Assembly: GCA_946965045.2 (NCBI GenBank)
Contig: OX337228.1
Location: 1,674,001-1,738,000, forward strand
DNA length: 64,000 nt
Origin: Epithemia pelagica
Lineage: Eukaryota > Protista > Bacillariophyta
Reading direction: 5' to 3'
In this document: one piece after another, positions 46,037-56,499 of the stretch
Position numbering within the stretch: the stretch's first letter is position 1
Layout: each line of letters starts with the position of its first letter
Made by a program: the position numbers and the translations under genes
Notes under the pieces: generated by a model
Told to the model about the DNA's origin: nothing
Database searches by the model: none
Seen by the model: the letters and a program-made list of their open reading frames with translations, nothing else

Positions 46037-47627
46037 CTAGAGGATATATTTATGACTCTTCATCGCATGCCGCGGGCGTGGGGGAGGAATGGGCAAACTT
46101 TGTGATGGTCGGAACTCGGCTACTTCTTTCCAAAGTAGCTTTTGCAGCTTCAAGCGATGAAGATTTTCATACTCAAAGGAGCAATCGAACGCCTTCTCTG
46201 ACACAGCTTCTTTGTCGGGTTCGCTCACTGGTGAGAAAAACGGATGACGGATTGCTTGGTTCACTGAGATTCTTTTGCGTGGGTGGAATTCCAACATGTT
46301 ACCCAATATATTTTGAAGGAAACATTGGGAGCCTCGCATAAGCGAAGGCATATTTTTATTGACGACCCGGAGTGAGCGAATGTAGCGCCTTTGCTTTGAT
46401 GTGACGAAGTCCATATCTTCCTCGGATGGTGTACCGAGCATGCTACAAATAAGTTGTATCTATCAGATAGATAGCGTAGTGAAATGCTTTGTCAGATTCT
46501 CGCGTTGTCATTTGGAAGTACAGATGATACCGCTGCCTTACCTGATGAACTGCGCCGTGACCAGGAAAAAGGGGGTAGCGAAGTATCAGTTCGGCGAATA
46601 TACATCCGACACTCCAAACATCGATTGGGAAGGAATATTCTCTGCTCTCCAGAAGGATCTCAGGGGCCCGGTACCACCGGGTAACCACGTATTCCGTCAA
46701 ATACATCGTGTCATGCCGACCGTCCAACTTCCATTGAATGCCTCGCGCCAACCCAAAGTCGCAAATCTTCAGATCACAGTTCGAATTGACCAGCAAGTTT
46801 TCAGGCTTTATATCCCGGTGTATCACATTGCAGCTGTGTATGTATTTGAGACCACGCAAAAGTTGGTAGATCAACCATCGTACATGTTCGGTGGTGATGG
46901 TGTACAAGTGATTATCAATGACAGTTTGCAGATTTCTTTCCATCAAGTCTGTCACCATATATACTTGATTAAAATCATCAAGGTATTGAACATTGGGAGG
47001 CATCATGTCGAGCAGCGTGATAATGTTATCGTGGGGGCCAAAGTGCTTGAGAAGTTTGATTTCCCGTAGCATTTTCACCCCGGCATCTTGTACAAAGTTT
47101 GGAATCAGTTTGATGGCAACGTTTACAAAGGGAGCTTTCTTGTCGCTGGCACTAATGACCACACCAAAGGAACCATGTCCTAAGACATCAATCATGGAAT
47201 AACGCTGGTCCACTGTAAAAAGAGAGTTTCCAACGTAAAACGAATGTGCCTCATAGACTAGGCCACGGTTGATGTGTTTGACTTCATTCCTCGAATCTTT
47301 GGAACTTGCTGCCTTGAATTCGCAAGACACATTGTTTTCCTTGCCCTTCATTGGAACAAAAACTTTGGCGTTTGAAGATAAAGTGGATCGAATCGCAACT
47401 TTCTTCATGCGCGGAGGTGGAATGGGTTCATCTGTGGGACCCAACCCACTTAGTATCTCAGTGGCGGTGTCTTCAGGGAAGGAAGAATTGCTTCGACTCC
47501 GAGCATGTTGTGAACTCGGTTTGGCATCAAACGGCTTCTTTGGTGGGCGTTCTGGCAGTTCATGCTTCCGTTCTCTTCCCGTGGGAGTAGCACGAGGTTT
47601 GTGATCCATCGATTCTCGCCTGATCAT
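46037..47627 (-). CDS. Mitogen-activated protein kinase (TEY activation loop); 2 exons
   Basis: LGHGSFGVV, VAIK, HRDIKPENLL, DFGLAR, TEYVVTRWYRAPE. Intron 46460-46541 (GTAAGG...ATAG) gives FPGHGAVHQ|IQLICSMLGTP. Confidence 0.95.
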
Positions 47628-48251
47628 GCAGTTTCAAGGATGTTATGCAAATATCTTCGTTCCCTAGATGGTGATGGGCGGACACGACAAGTTCGTTTGG
47701 CACGAAGAATTTGGAAAGTGTGACGGTCGGTAATCGGTAACGAGCGTTTCGATTTTTGCGTTTTTGAAAAAGTGACCATGATCTGTACTGATGAGGAGTA
47801 ACGCGAGGAAGTAGAAAGGCGACTGAAGATCCAATTATTGTTGCCATCAATCGACGGCGACATTGATGTCCTTCTAAATGGGAGGCTTTTGAAACACTCA
47901 AAGCAGGTTGTTCTACAATATTTGAATAAACTGTTCGGTAGCAATACACACTTTGGTTCCCAATTCTTTGTCCTTGCATCATATTCGCATGCATACTTTG
48001 TGCTGTGTAAACTGTAAACGTCAAACCATGTCGAACAGTCGTGTCCAAAGTGGTTTCAAGGTGGAATTGGCGTCGTCTTCAGGAAACCACTGGAATCGCT
48101 TGTCTAGTCGTTGTTCTCTCTTTGTCTGTAGGCTGAAAGCCATGTGATTTTCTAGGATGGGTGCATATTGGACCAAGCATATTGATGAATAACAAATCAA
48201 TCCATTCCACTTGATCTTTCGGTCCTTTCGTTTCGTTGTCGATGTGTCTTT

Positions 48252-49824
48252 CTACCACTGTTCCAGAAGGGCTATACAATCACCAATGGTTGCTGCGCCT
48301 CCCTCCAATCGCTGGGCGAGCTCTTTGACAACTTTCTGATTGTCACGCAACAAGACATCTGCCTCTGTAAATGCCCACTGCAACAGATCGTCACGCTCCT
48401 GAGCATCCACCTCCAAATTGTTCTCAATCCACCACAGAGCTTGTGCCACTCGTGGATCGGTGATGGCAAAGTCCTGGAGCCGATCCAACAAGCCAACGGC
48501 CTCACGAGGATCCGACGAGATCAAGACTGGATATTGAGCCGACTCGGCTGCCACAGGTGCCAAGAGCCAGATTAACAATCGAAGGACGCCTGTATCGGAT
48601 AGCAATTCCTCCTGGTTATCTACTGCCAACACGGATGCTTCCAATGCATTGGGACGGAAACAAAACACTGGCAAGCCCAAAGTGTAGGCAGCAAAGAGTC
48701 CAGCCGCTTCGACCAGCGCATCTCGAGACGGATCGATGCTAAACAATCGTGTCAAACCTCGTGTAATTTGACCAGTTACTTGACCACTGCCCAATCCAAG
48801 GGGCAAAGAATCCTTGGATGGCATTTCGGGCACATCCTTAATGACATCATTGTTCTTGGCCGCTTCGCCCATGGCAAAGTTAGACACGGATCGAATAACA
48901 TCGTAAAAATTGTCCAATACTCCCACCGTCACCATTCCAAACAAAATGACGTGCGCCAATGGCGAGGCACTCTCCAGACCAGGAACAAAATCGGTCAGCT
49001 CGCAGGCACCCGCCACGGCAAGAGTCGCCAAGGCCGCACCCACTTCCCCCACACGTTCGTCTGTCGGAAAGGGTGCCACACTGGCCAATCGTTCACTCCG
49101 TGTTTTGACAGAACCATCTGGACACTTGACACGGGTCAAAGGTGTGACAGGCAAGGTCATGATATCGGGCAAACAGCAACCATACGATTTCATTCCTCCA
49201 TTGCGCATGGTCAGACTCATGATCGTTGCCAGCGTCGGCGCGTCTTGCATCTTGACTGTAGCCTGAGAGATTGTACAAAAGTAACGAAGAGAAGCATTTA
49301 AACAAGAACCATTTGTGAGACCTTGAGCAAACTAGTCACAAAGAATCCATCGTTTCCTGTCGCTTGCTTACATCAATGAGGGCCATCATGGATCGGGGTG
49401 CGGCAACAATTCGTTTGGAATTCATTTCTTGCAACAACTGAATGGGATCTTGCAAGCTTTCCGAGGCATCCTTTCCTGATGTAGTGTCATCAACAATCTT
49501 GGCACACAATCCAGTCAAGACGGCGTCGTATTGATCACCCAAACTCAGAGCGGAAAAACTGGCAAAGAGTTGACTCTTGGCGTCGTTTTGAAGCATGAGA
49601 CCACCAAATCCACCATCATTGTCTGTCGCCGTATCGTCTTCCACTTCCGCCACAAACAAGGGACCCGCTGTTCTTGCTTCTCCTGGATGAGGTACAGTGC
49701 GACGTGGATGGACGATTCGTCCAACCGGAAAGGACCAACCTGTTTCGACCTGCAGAACGAAAAAGACGACAAGGATCCAACGAGCCATTACGAGTCTCTG
49801 GGGAAACAATTGCAAAAAGTACAT
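48252..49824 (-). CDS. Plastid-type membrane protein of the VIR3/M41-like family with degenerate metal motif; 2 exons
   Basis: Signal + GWS-FP. Intron 49263-49371 (GTAAGC...TCAG). LVEAAGLFAAYTLGLP sits where the family has HEAGH.LVAYLLG.P; also LLAPVAAE and A..LLR.N...V.EL...LE.G..TIGDCIALLE. Confidence 0.6.
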
Positions 49825-50284
49825 GGTCGTTTGGTTTCGTTTGGATATTATAGAATGATCCTCGACGAACCGCCACACGCAATCTCTCAAAAGATTTTTG
49901 ATTCTTTGTTCGAGAATTCGAGAATGGCGCCAAGTTCTGGTTCGACAGGTCACCCCAACTGTTGGCACCTCCCGCCAACAACACACCAACCAAAATTTGA
50001 AAGTGGTGTCGAGTTGATGTAACGGGCACCGTCAGACGTCAGACCGCGGTGACCGGTTGTGCGACAAACGTCATGCGCGCCATCGTTTTCTGGAGGGACT
50101 TCAACGAAGCATCAACTCCATTCAGCGATTCATATGCGTCTGATACGCGGTGACATCAGACCAAAAATCCTTTTACCTCTTACCTCCTCACTAATGAGCA
50201 GAGGGATATCGTCTTCGCGATCATCATTCCGTGCCCCGATTGGTAGCAAACCGGTACACAGAGTAGTAGTATTTCTTCTTCAAG

Positions 50285-51205
50285 ATGCCGTTTGTCAAGG
50301 TTCAAAAGAACAAGGCGTACTTCTCACGTTATCAGGTGAAGTATCGCCGTCGTCGTGAGGGAAAGACGGACTACCGCCAACGTAAGCGTTTGGTTTGTCA
50401 GGCCAAGAACAAGTACCAAAGCCCCAAATACCGATTGGTGGTACGATTTACCAACCGATTTGTTATTTGCCAAATCGTGTACTCCTTGATCGACGGTGAT
50501 CGTGTGTTCTGTCAAGCCACATCCAAGGAATTGGCTCGTTACGGTCTCAAGGTTGGTTTGAAGAACTACTCGGCTGCCTACTGCACGGGGCTCTTGGTGG
50601 CCCGTCGTTTGTTGCAAAAGGTTGGTTTGGACGATACCTACGAAGGTAACGATGAAGTTGACGGAAATGTTGTGACTACCGAGTACGAAAAGAAGAAGTA
50701 CTATGTCGACGAAGTGGATGAGGACAAGCGTCCCTTCCGTTGCTTGCTCGATGTAGGATGCCGTCCCACCACAACGGGGTGCCGTGTGTTTGGTGCACTC
50801 AAGGGTGCCGCTGATGGTGGTTTGGACATTCCCCATTCCGAAAAACGTTTCCCCGGATACGATCGTGATGCGAAGGAGTACGACGCCGATATGCACAAAG
50901 AACGTATTTTTGGTGGACATGTGGGCGAGTACATGGAATATCTAGACGAGGAAGATAATGCCAAGTACCAAGAGCACTTTGCCAAGTACATTGAAAATGA
51001 TGTAGAGGCTGATGGTTTGGAAGAACTGTATGAGGGAGTTCATGAAAAGATTCGTGAAGACCCTAGCCCTTCGGAAAAGACGGAATTCTCCCCGGACAAA
51101 TCGTACAAGCGCAAGGGCAAACTCTCCTTGGATGAACGCAAGGCTCGTGTCGCTGAGAAGAAGGCGGCCAAGGTTGCTGAATTGGAAGAAGATGATGATG
51201 AGTAA
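50285..51205 (+). CDS. RPL5: 60S ribosomal protein L5 (uL18)
   Basis: MPFVKVQKNKAYFSRYQVKYRRRREGKTDY, KYRLVVRFTN, GALKGAADGGLDIPHSEKRFPGY. Confidence 0.98.
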   Translation: MPFVKVQKNKAYFSRYQVKYRRRREGKTDYRQRKRLVCQAKNKYQSPKYRLVVRFTNRFVICQIVYSLIDGDRVFCQATSKELARYGLKVGLKNYSAAYCTGLLVARRLLQKVGLDDTYEGNDEVDGNVVTTEYEKKKYYVDEVDEDKRPFRCLLDVGCRPTTTGCRVFGALKGAADGGLDIPHSEKRFPGYDRDAKEYDADMHKERIFGGHVGEYMEYLDEEDNAKYQEHFAKYIENDVEADGLEELYEGVHEKIREDPSPSEKTEFSPDKSYKRKGKLSLDERKARVAEKKAAKVAELEEDDDE

Positions 51206-51280
51206 ACATAAAGCTGTCTTTCGAATCTTTCTAAGCATTTACGTTTCATTTTGTTCTGCGTCCTAGTATTCGAGAACGCG

Positions 51281-52169
51281 TTACAACTCGTTGGCCTCTT
51301 GCTGATCACGGTGGTCGTTCTCGTTTACTCTCCTTTCTGAGCTAGCAAGAGTTTTAAAAGGGGAATGTGAATAGTATTTGGGTCGAGAATCCAATCGAAC
51401 ATGAAGCCAGGCTACGCCTGTGCCACACGTTGACAACCAGAGAGGTTTATTTCTGTTGAGAGACAATTCTTGAAGGTATTGTGTAGCCACTTGTTTCCAG
51501 AATGCGTCCAATTGGGGACCGGGTGCCCCGCGAGCAAATGCCGCCAAATGTCCATAGAAACTGTCATTCTTGTCTCTTGGTATAGGTTTGGGCACAATGA
51601 GAAAGGCATCGCCACTCAGATTGCGAAAGCTTGCTGTGTACACGTTTCCTGGGTGTTGGAAATGTTCAGCAAAAGCTTCCGAGTTGGCACCGCCGGATCG
51701 CTTGATGAAGGATGCCAAACCCTTACTTTGGATCAAGACAAATTCAAAAGGCTCCGTCGCGCTACCAGCAAATGTCGTGCCTTTGGTTTCCCAAAATACT
51801 GCCGGAAAGGGTGCATCCTATAGCGACAACGGATATCACCTTGTAAGATGTGGAATTTCAGGTATGTGCAACCCTTTCAGTCCGCATCCTTGACGATTCT
51901 TCAATGATGTCATAGAAGACACTGGCAGAGAAGAGGAATAGGAGTACCTACTTGCCCATGTATGCTGAACGTACCGCAATAAGTTTGCTGAATTCCAGGC
52001 GAAGTTTTTGCCCTTCTGGGTGCTCTGACGCGAGTGTTTCGGCCCATTCTCGAATCGACACGGGTTGATTGGTAGAACCATGCTTTCGAATGGCACGATA
52101 ACCGAGCTTGTCGGAAGATGCAACAGACTGCTGCAGAGACTCATAGAAGATCTGGAATGGTGCACTCAT
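51281..52169 (-). CDS. Hypothetical protein, DUF6940-like; 2 exons
   Basis: Exons 52169-51975 and 51817-51281 (GTACGT...ATAG) give KLIA|DAPFPAVFWET...PFEFVLI...FAEHF...GDAFLIVP...YGHLAAF...WLSTCGTGVAWLHVRLDSRPKYY. Confidence 0.72.
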
Positions 52170-52543
52170 TGGACTGCTAGAGCAAATTCTCAATGCTATT
52201 TTTGAGATATCGCAATTCTGTCGTCCTCTCTTCTCCCCGTGGTTGTTATGGTCCAACCTTTGCAGTTTTGGTGTCTTGGTTGGTCGAGTTCCACACGGAA
52301 GCACGAACAAAATGAAGGTACAAGGAACCAAGACGTGAACGATTGAGTCGCCTGGCGCGATGCTGCCACGCGGCACCAGGCGCAGTCGCACACTTGCGAA
52401 GAAAATTGGGGGCGGGATTTACTGCCCCTTCCAGATTCCAGATACACATGAAGAAGACCCGATTCGAGACCACAACGACGAGACAACAATAGAACGAACA
52501 AATAATAACGAACTTAAAGACGACAAGTAACACAGTCAGCAAA

Positions 52544-53453
52544 ATGGCAACGTTGAAAGCAGCGACGGACGGATCTGCCCCCTCCAATACTGAAGGATTC
52601 TTCAGTCAATTCGCCAACGAGGTGCTGGGCAGTGCCGAAAAGATCTCGAATCGACTGGAAGAAGGTTTGAACGCCATTCTGACTGGAGACATCTCGGCGG
52701 AGTCAAAAGAACCTCAAGGGGAGAGGCCATCTATGGGAGGGGAGGCTGATGAAGATTTTGGTGACGAAGAGGAGTTCGACTGGAGCCAAGTGGATATGGA
52801 TTCAGAATCGCCCTTGAGTGGCATTGCAGAGAGTGTCGTGGGAGACATAATGCAAGGACAGGTAAGTATTTGACGGACCAGTATTCTTGCCTGTCATTTA
52901 TGTCTACAGTTCTAATATGTCTGCTCTCTGTCGAATTATCGGATGCCAGTCTGGTCCTCAAACAATGCTCGAACACTTGGATGCATTTCGTCACGCTATT
53001 AATTGGACCGAGCCCTTGATACTTGGTATCCTGAGTTTCCAGGCCATTATCTTCCTGTGCACTCTTTGGGTCAGTCGACCCAACGTTAGTTTAGTGCCCA
53101 GAATCATTCTTATGGTGGTCATGGCTGGACTAGTCCGCTCGGCCGAAACGATCAATTCTTGGGCGGGAAGGAACTGGCAGGGCATGTCGTCTCAAAATTA
53201 TTTTGATCGTGGTGGTATTTTTATATCGATTTTCTTGTGTGCTCCGCTATTGTTGGATTCTTTTATCATGTTGATTTGCTTTTTGCGCGAAGCCTCCCAG
53301 CTCCTAGTCCAAGTGAAAACGGCGGAATTGAAACAAAAACGGAAAAAGAAACCACATAACAATACTCAGCAAGTAGGTACCAAGAATGGCGCAAATGGCC
53401 CTTCGACGACATCAGACCAAGGGAACAAACGCCGAGGGAAGAAAGATCAATAA
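52544..53453 (+). CDS. TMEM18: Transmembrane protein 18 homolog; 2 exons
   Basis: Intron 52862-52949 (GTAAGT...CCAG). AFRHAINWTEP, INSWAGRNW..MSSQNYFDRGGIFISIF..PLL, basic tail. Confidence 0.85.
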
Positions 53454-53832
53454 GAGCAACGATGAAGGGGGAAAACTCATTCAAGTGCCGGAATCGTGCA
53501 GAGTCGTGGTAGATGAACCTGTTTCCTTTGATCCAATGGCTTCGTACGCAACAATGGAAGTACTTTTGTCTTCAATGTATACATTCCATCTACCGCTTGC
53601 GCCATCCTGTGCGAGAGATAGCCTTTCGTTCGGTGCTAACGTAGTAAAGACTACTCCTATCGAATATCGATCCCATGGATAGAAACGAGATGCTAATAGG
53701 GTAGGGGCGGTAGTTGGCCTGTATGTATGGTCGTAATCGCTTTCCAGTCGCATTAGATGCGAATCCGGCGGAGAAAAATGGAGAAATCCCGTTTCTCCCT
53801 CCCTCATTCCAATCTCAAGATTCGTTCATACC

Positions 53833-54803
53833 ATGACCAACTCTCGACAATTGGACGATAGCTCCAAGGCGATTGATATTTCCGCAGCCTTACAAATTCT
53901 AGCGGAACGACAACAGCACCAGCACCACCATGATGACCATCACCCGAGTACACATCATTTGGCCCACGAATCTTTGAGCTCCATCTCATCGCCGACAAGG
54001 CCACACGGAGGAGGTCAAGTGATTGATATTTTCGCTGCCACTACGGAAACTCAGGTCGTGAATGATTCATCGCAGGATCCTTCGCAGGTTTCTAAAGCTG
54101 AGCCAAAAATCAATTCGCAGCCTGACGGGGTGTCGGACACAAGCGACAATGTCTCTACCGGAGCACACGACAAATTGAAACAAGAGATTTCCCGATTTTC
54201 CGAAAGAGAAAGAATTGAACTGGTCCTCAAGTCACAGGAAGATCGAGTTGCGACGTATCGGTATTTTGATGAGTATGTCGCCAATGTATCGTGCTGCAAT
54301 CCTCGAGCATTAGAAAGACTCATGCACATTCTTTACCTTTGCCGCTTCTTTCTTTCTCATGCGTTATTTTCTCAAAAAGAGGATTGAAGGATGTTTTAAG
54401 AACTGGAAATATGACAATCTACCCAGCCTTGTGCGCTCAAGTGACGGCTACTTTCACTGTTTTGTCCAATACTATCAACGAAATTCGTGACAGTGAAACA
54501 ACGTCGAGAGAGTTGAGAAAACTTTTGACGCAACTGCAAAAGCAGGAAAGCCAAAAGTTAAACTTAACTGCTGCGTTGCATCTCGAAAAGATACGAAAGG
54601 CATCTTCAGATGGCGCCATTACAGCTAGCAACCAAACATCTAGTGCTGGAGACGAAAGAACAATCAGAATGGTGGAATCAAGTATATCGTCACTAATACA
54701 AAGGATACAAACCTGTGTGCAAGAGATTAATGAAGTGTTGGAAGAATTGAGGTGTACTTTACTGGAACATGATGTCGAGTCCAAGATAGGGCCAACCGAC
54801 TAG
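53833..54803 (+). CDS. DNA repair REX1-B-like protein; 2 exons
   Basis: Intron 54273-54379 (GTATGT...AAG) gives QEDRVATYRYFDEGL...YPALCAQVTATF..LS..I...LLTQLQKQESQKLNLTAALHL, the REX1-B pattern. Confidence 0.75.
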
Positions 54804-55073
54804 ACCTCTTCCTTAGCTTCCTAAGTTGGTATAAGTCCGAAGTAAGACAAGCAGTTGAATCCAAAAAAAGATAAAAGCATTCTGGCTCGTGCTGCTATTC
54901 TCCATTTTGAATCAACGAGTGATGAAAGAGCCATTGACAAATTAGTGATAAAAGAGCACAATTAGTTATCGGTATCGGTTATAGAGTTAATGGACACGGA
55001 AGGATATCATTGCTGAATCCAAAACTTGCATCACAGCTAATCGCTCTCTAGAGGCTACTCCTCTACGTAGGTA

Positions 55074-55688
55074 AGGGCTGGGGATACCGATCCATGTACA
55101 TCTAAGTAGGCTCAGTACAAAAGCTACGTAGAGTACATAAAATCACATAGTACACGTCACGCCGGAAATGGTCGGAATTTCAAAAAAATGCAAAAACGCT
55201 CGACAATGATGGCGAGATCCGGTGACGCCGTATGCATTCACCCATGCATCGCATAAACATCCAACCACCGTAAGTCCTTTGCCTTTACCTTTGAAATTGT
55301 TGTCTGAAATTACAGAAGATTTGCCAAGTTGGCTGAAAAGGTACGCTCATTTTTCTGCAGTGATGAAATCGAACGACCGCCCTAACTCATTCATTTTTCA
55401 AGGGTGCCTGAATCAAAGTGAAAGCAAAGTTGCTCTAGTAGTAAAGATTCTTATTGTAAAAGTGATTCAGGCAGGCTCAATTGTTCAGGAAGTTATTGCC
55501 ATGGGGGTGATGACTTCCATCATTGTCGAATGATGGCTTCCGGATTGCACCTTTTCTATCGGTGGCAAGTTTACGACGTGCGACTCGGTGTGACCATCCG
55601 CCCCACTTCTTACACAGACGAAAATAGTACTACGTAGGTTAATGTACTGAGCCTACTTAGATGTACATGGATCGGTATCCCCAGCCCT
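55074..55688. mobile_element. Non-autonomous TIR element (MITE-like), TA target-site duplication, Tc1/mariner-type
   Basis: Perfect 48-bp inverted repeat including the flanking TA: 55072-55119 taagggctggggataccgatccatgtacatctaagtaggctcagtaca versus 55643-55690. No transposase ORF inside. Confidence 0.88.
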
Positions 55689-55702
55689 TATAATAGCCCT
55701 AA

Positions 55703-56499
55703 GGCTGTCTCCACCCGAGCGCCGCTATGCTGACGTATTGGGGCTTTCTGATTGGCCTCGCTATCCGGATAGCGGATTAGCGGAGCCAAAGGGAAATAAA
55801 CTCCACGATCTCCGTTAAAAGAACGCCGCTATCTCGCGTTGCGCGTACGCATTGCGCATATGCCCTCTCTTGTTTCGGTTAAAAAGGGGTGCGACCGCGG
55901 AAGTTGCGGAATTCAAACAAGACAATCAACGAGAGCACAAAGCATAAACCAAAGATGGAGGACTCGTTGTTCTCCCTCTTCATTGTTGACTGTCATGGTG
56001 AATCATGTTGTTGTTCATGGCCAATGTAGATGTAGGTTGTAGGTTGCAGTCCAATCTTCCTATTCCCTGTCCGATTTCCGACTGATTGTCTGATAATTGA
56101 TAATCGAACTCATCAATAGTTTGAATGATGCATTTGTTTGATTGTTGCATTCCTTCCGATCCGTGATCCTCGAATCATCTTGCTGTGCATGGTTCTTGTC
56201 CCATTATAGGAAGTAGGGAACACAACAATGGAAAAAGAGATGGTAAGCGATCGTCACAATCAATACGTGCCATTGCCATGTTTTCGACACGAGAGATTCA
56301 AAGTTTCACTGATGGCAGCAGACGTTAATTTATTTATGCCGACGGTTATATTTTGCTCCGCTATCCGCTATTTTCCCCGCTATTTGGGGCCCCAAATAGC
56401 GGCAAAAATAGCGGACAGCGGAGCTGTTTAGCGGTTAGAGGAGATGGTGAAGTTCGATAGCGGTTTTTGGGCCTTTAGCGGGCCCGGGTGGAGATAGCC
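55703..56499. mobile_element. Second non-autonomous TIR element (MITE-like, possibly PIF/Harbinger-type)
   Basis: Termini ggctgtctccacccg (55703-55717) and cgggtggagatagcc (56485-56499) are inverted with 1 mismatch. Subterminal CCGCTA/TAGCGG arrays lie at both ends. Flanks TAA/GAA form an imperfect 3-bp TSD. Confidence 0.65.

Noticed and set aside
55222-55533. 103-aa ORF inside the first MITE as a transposase remnant
   Set aside because: No DDE/DDD or HTH motifs are recognisable.
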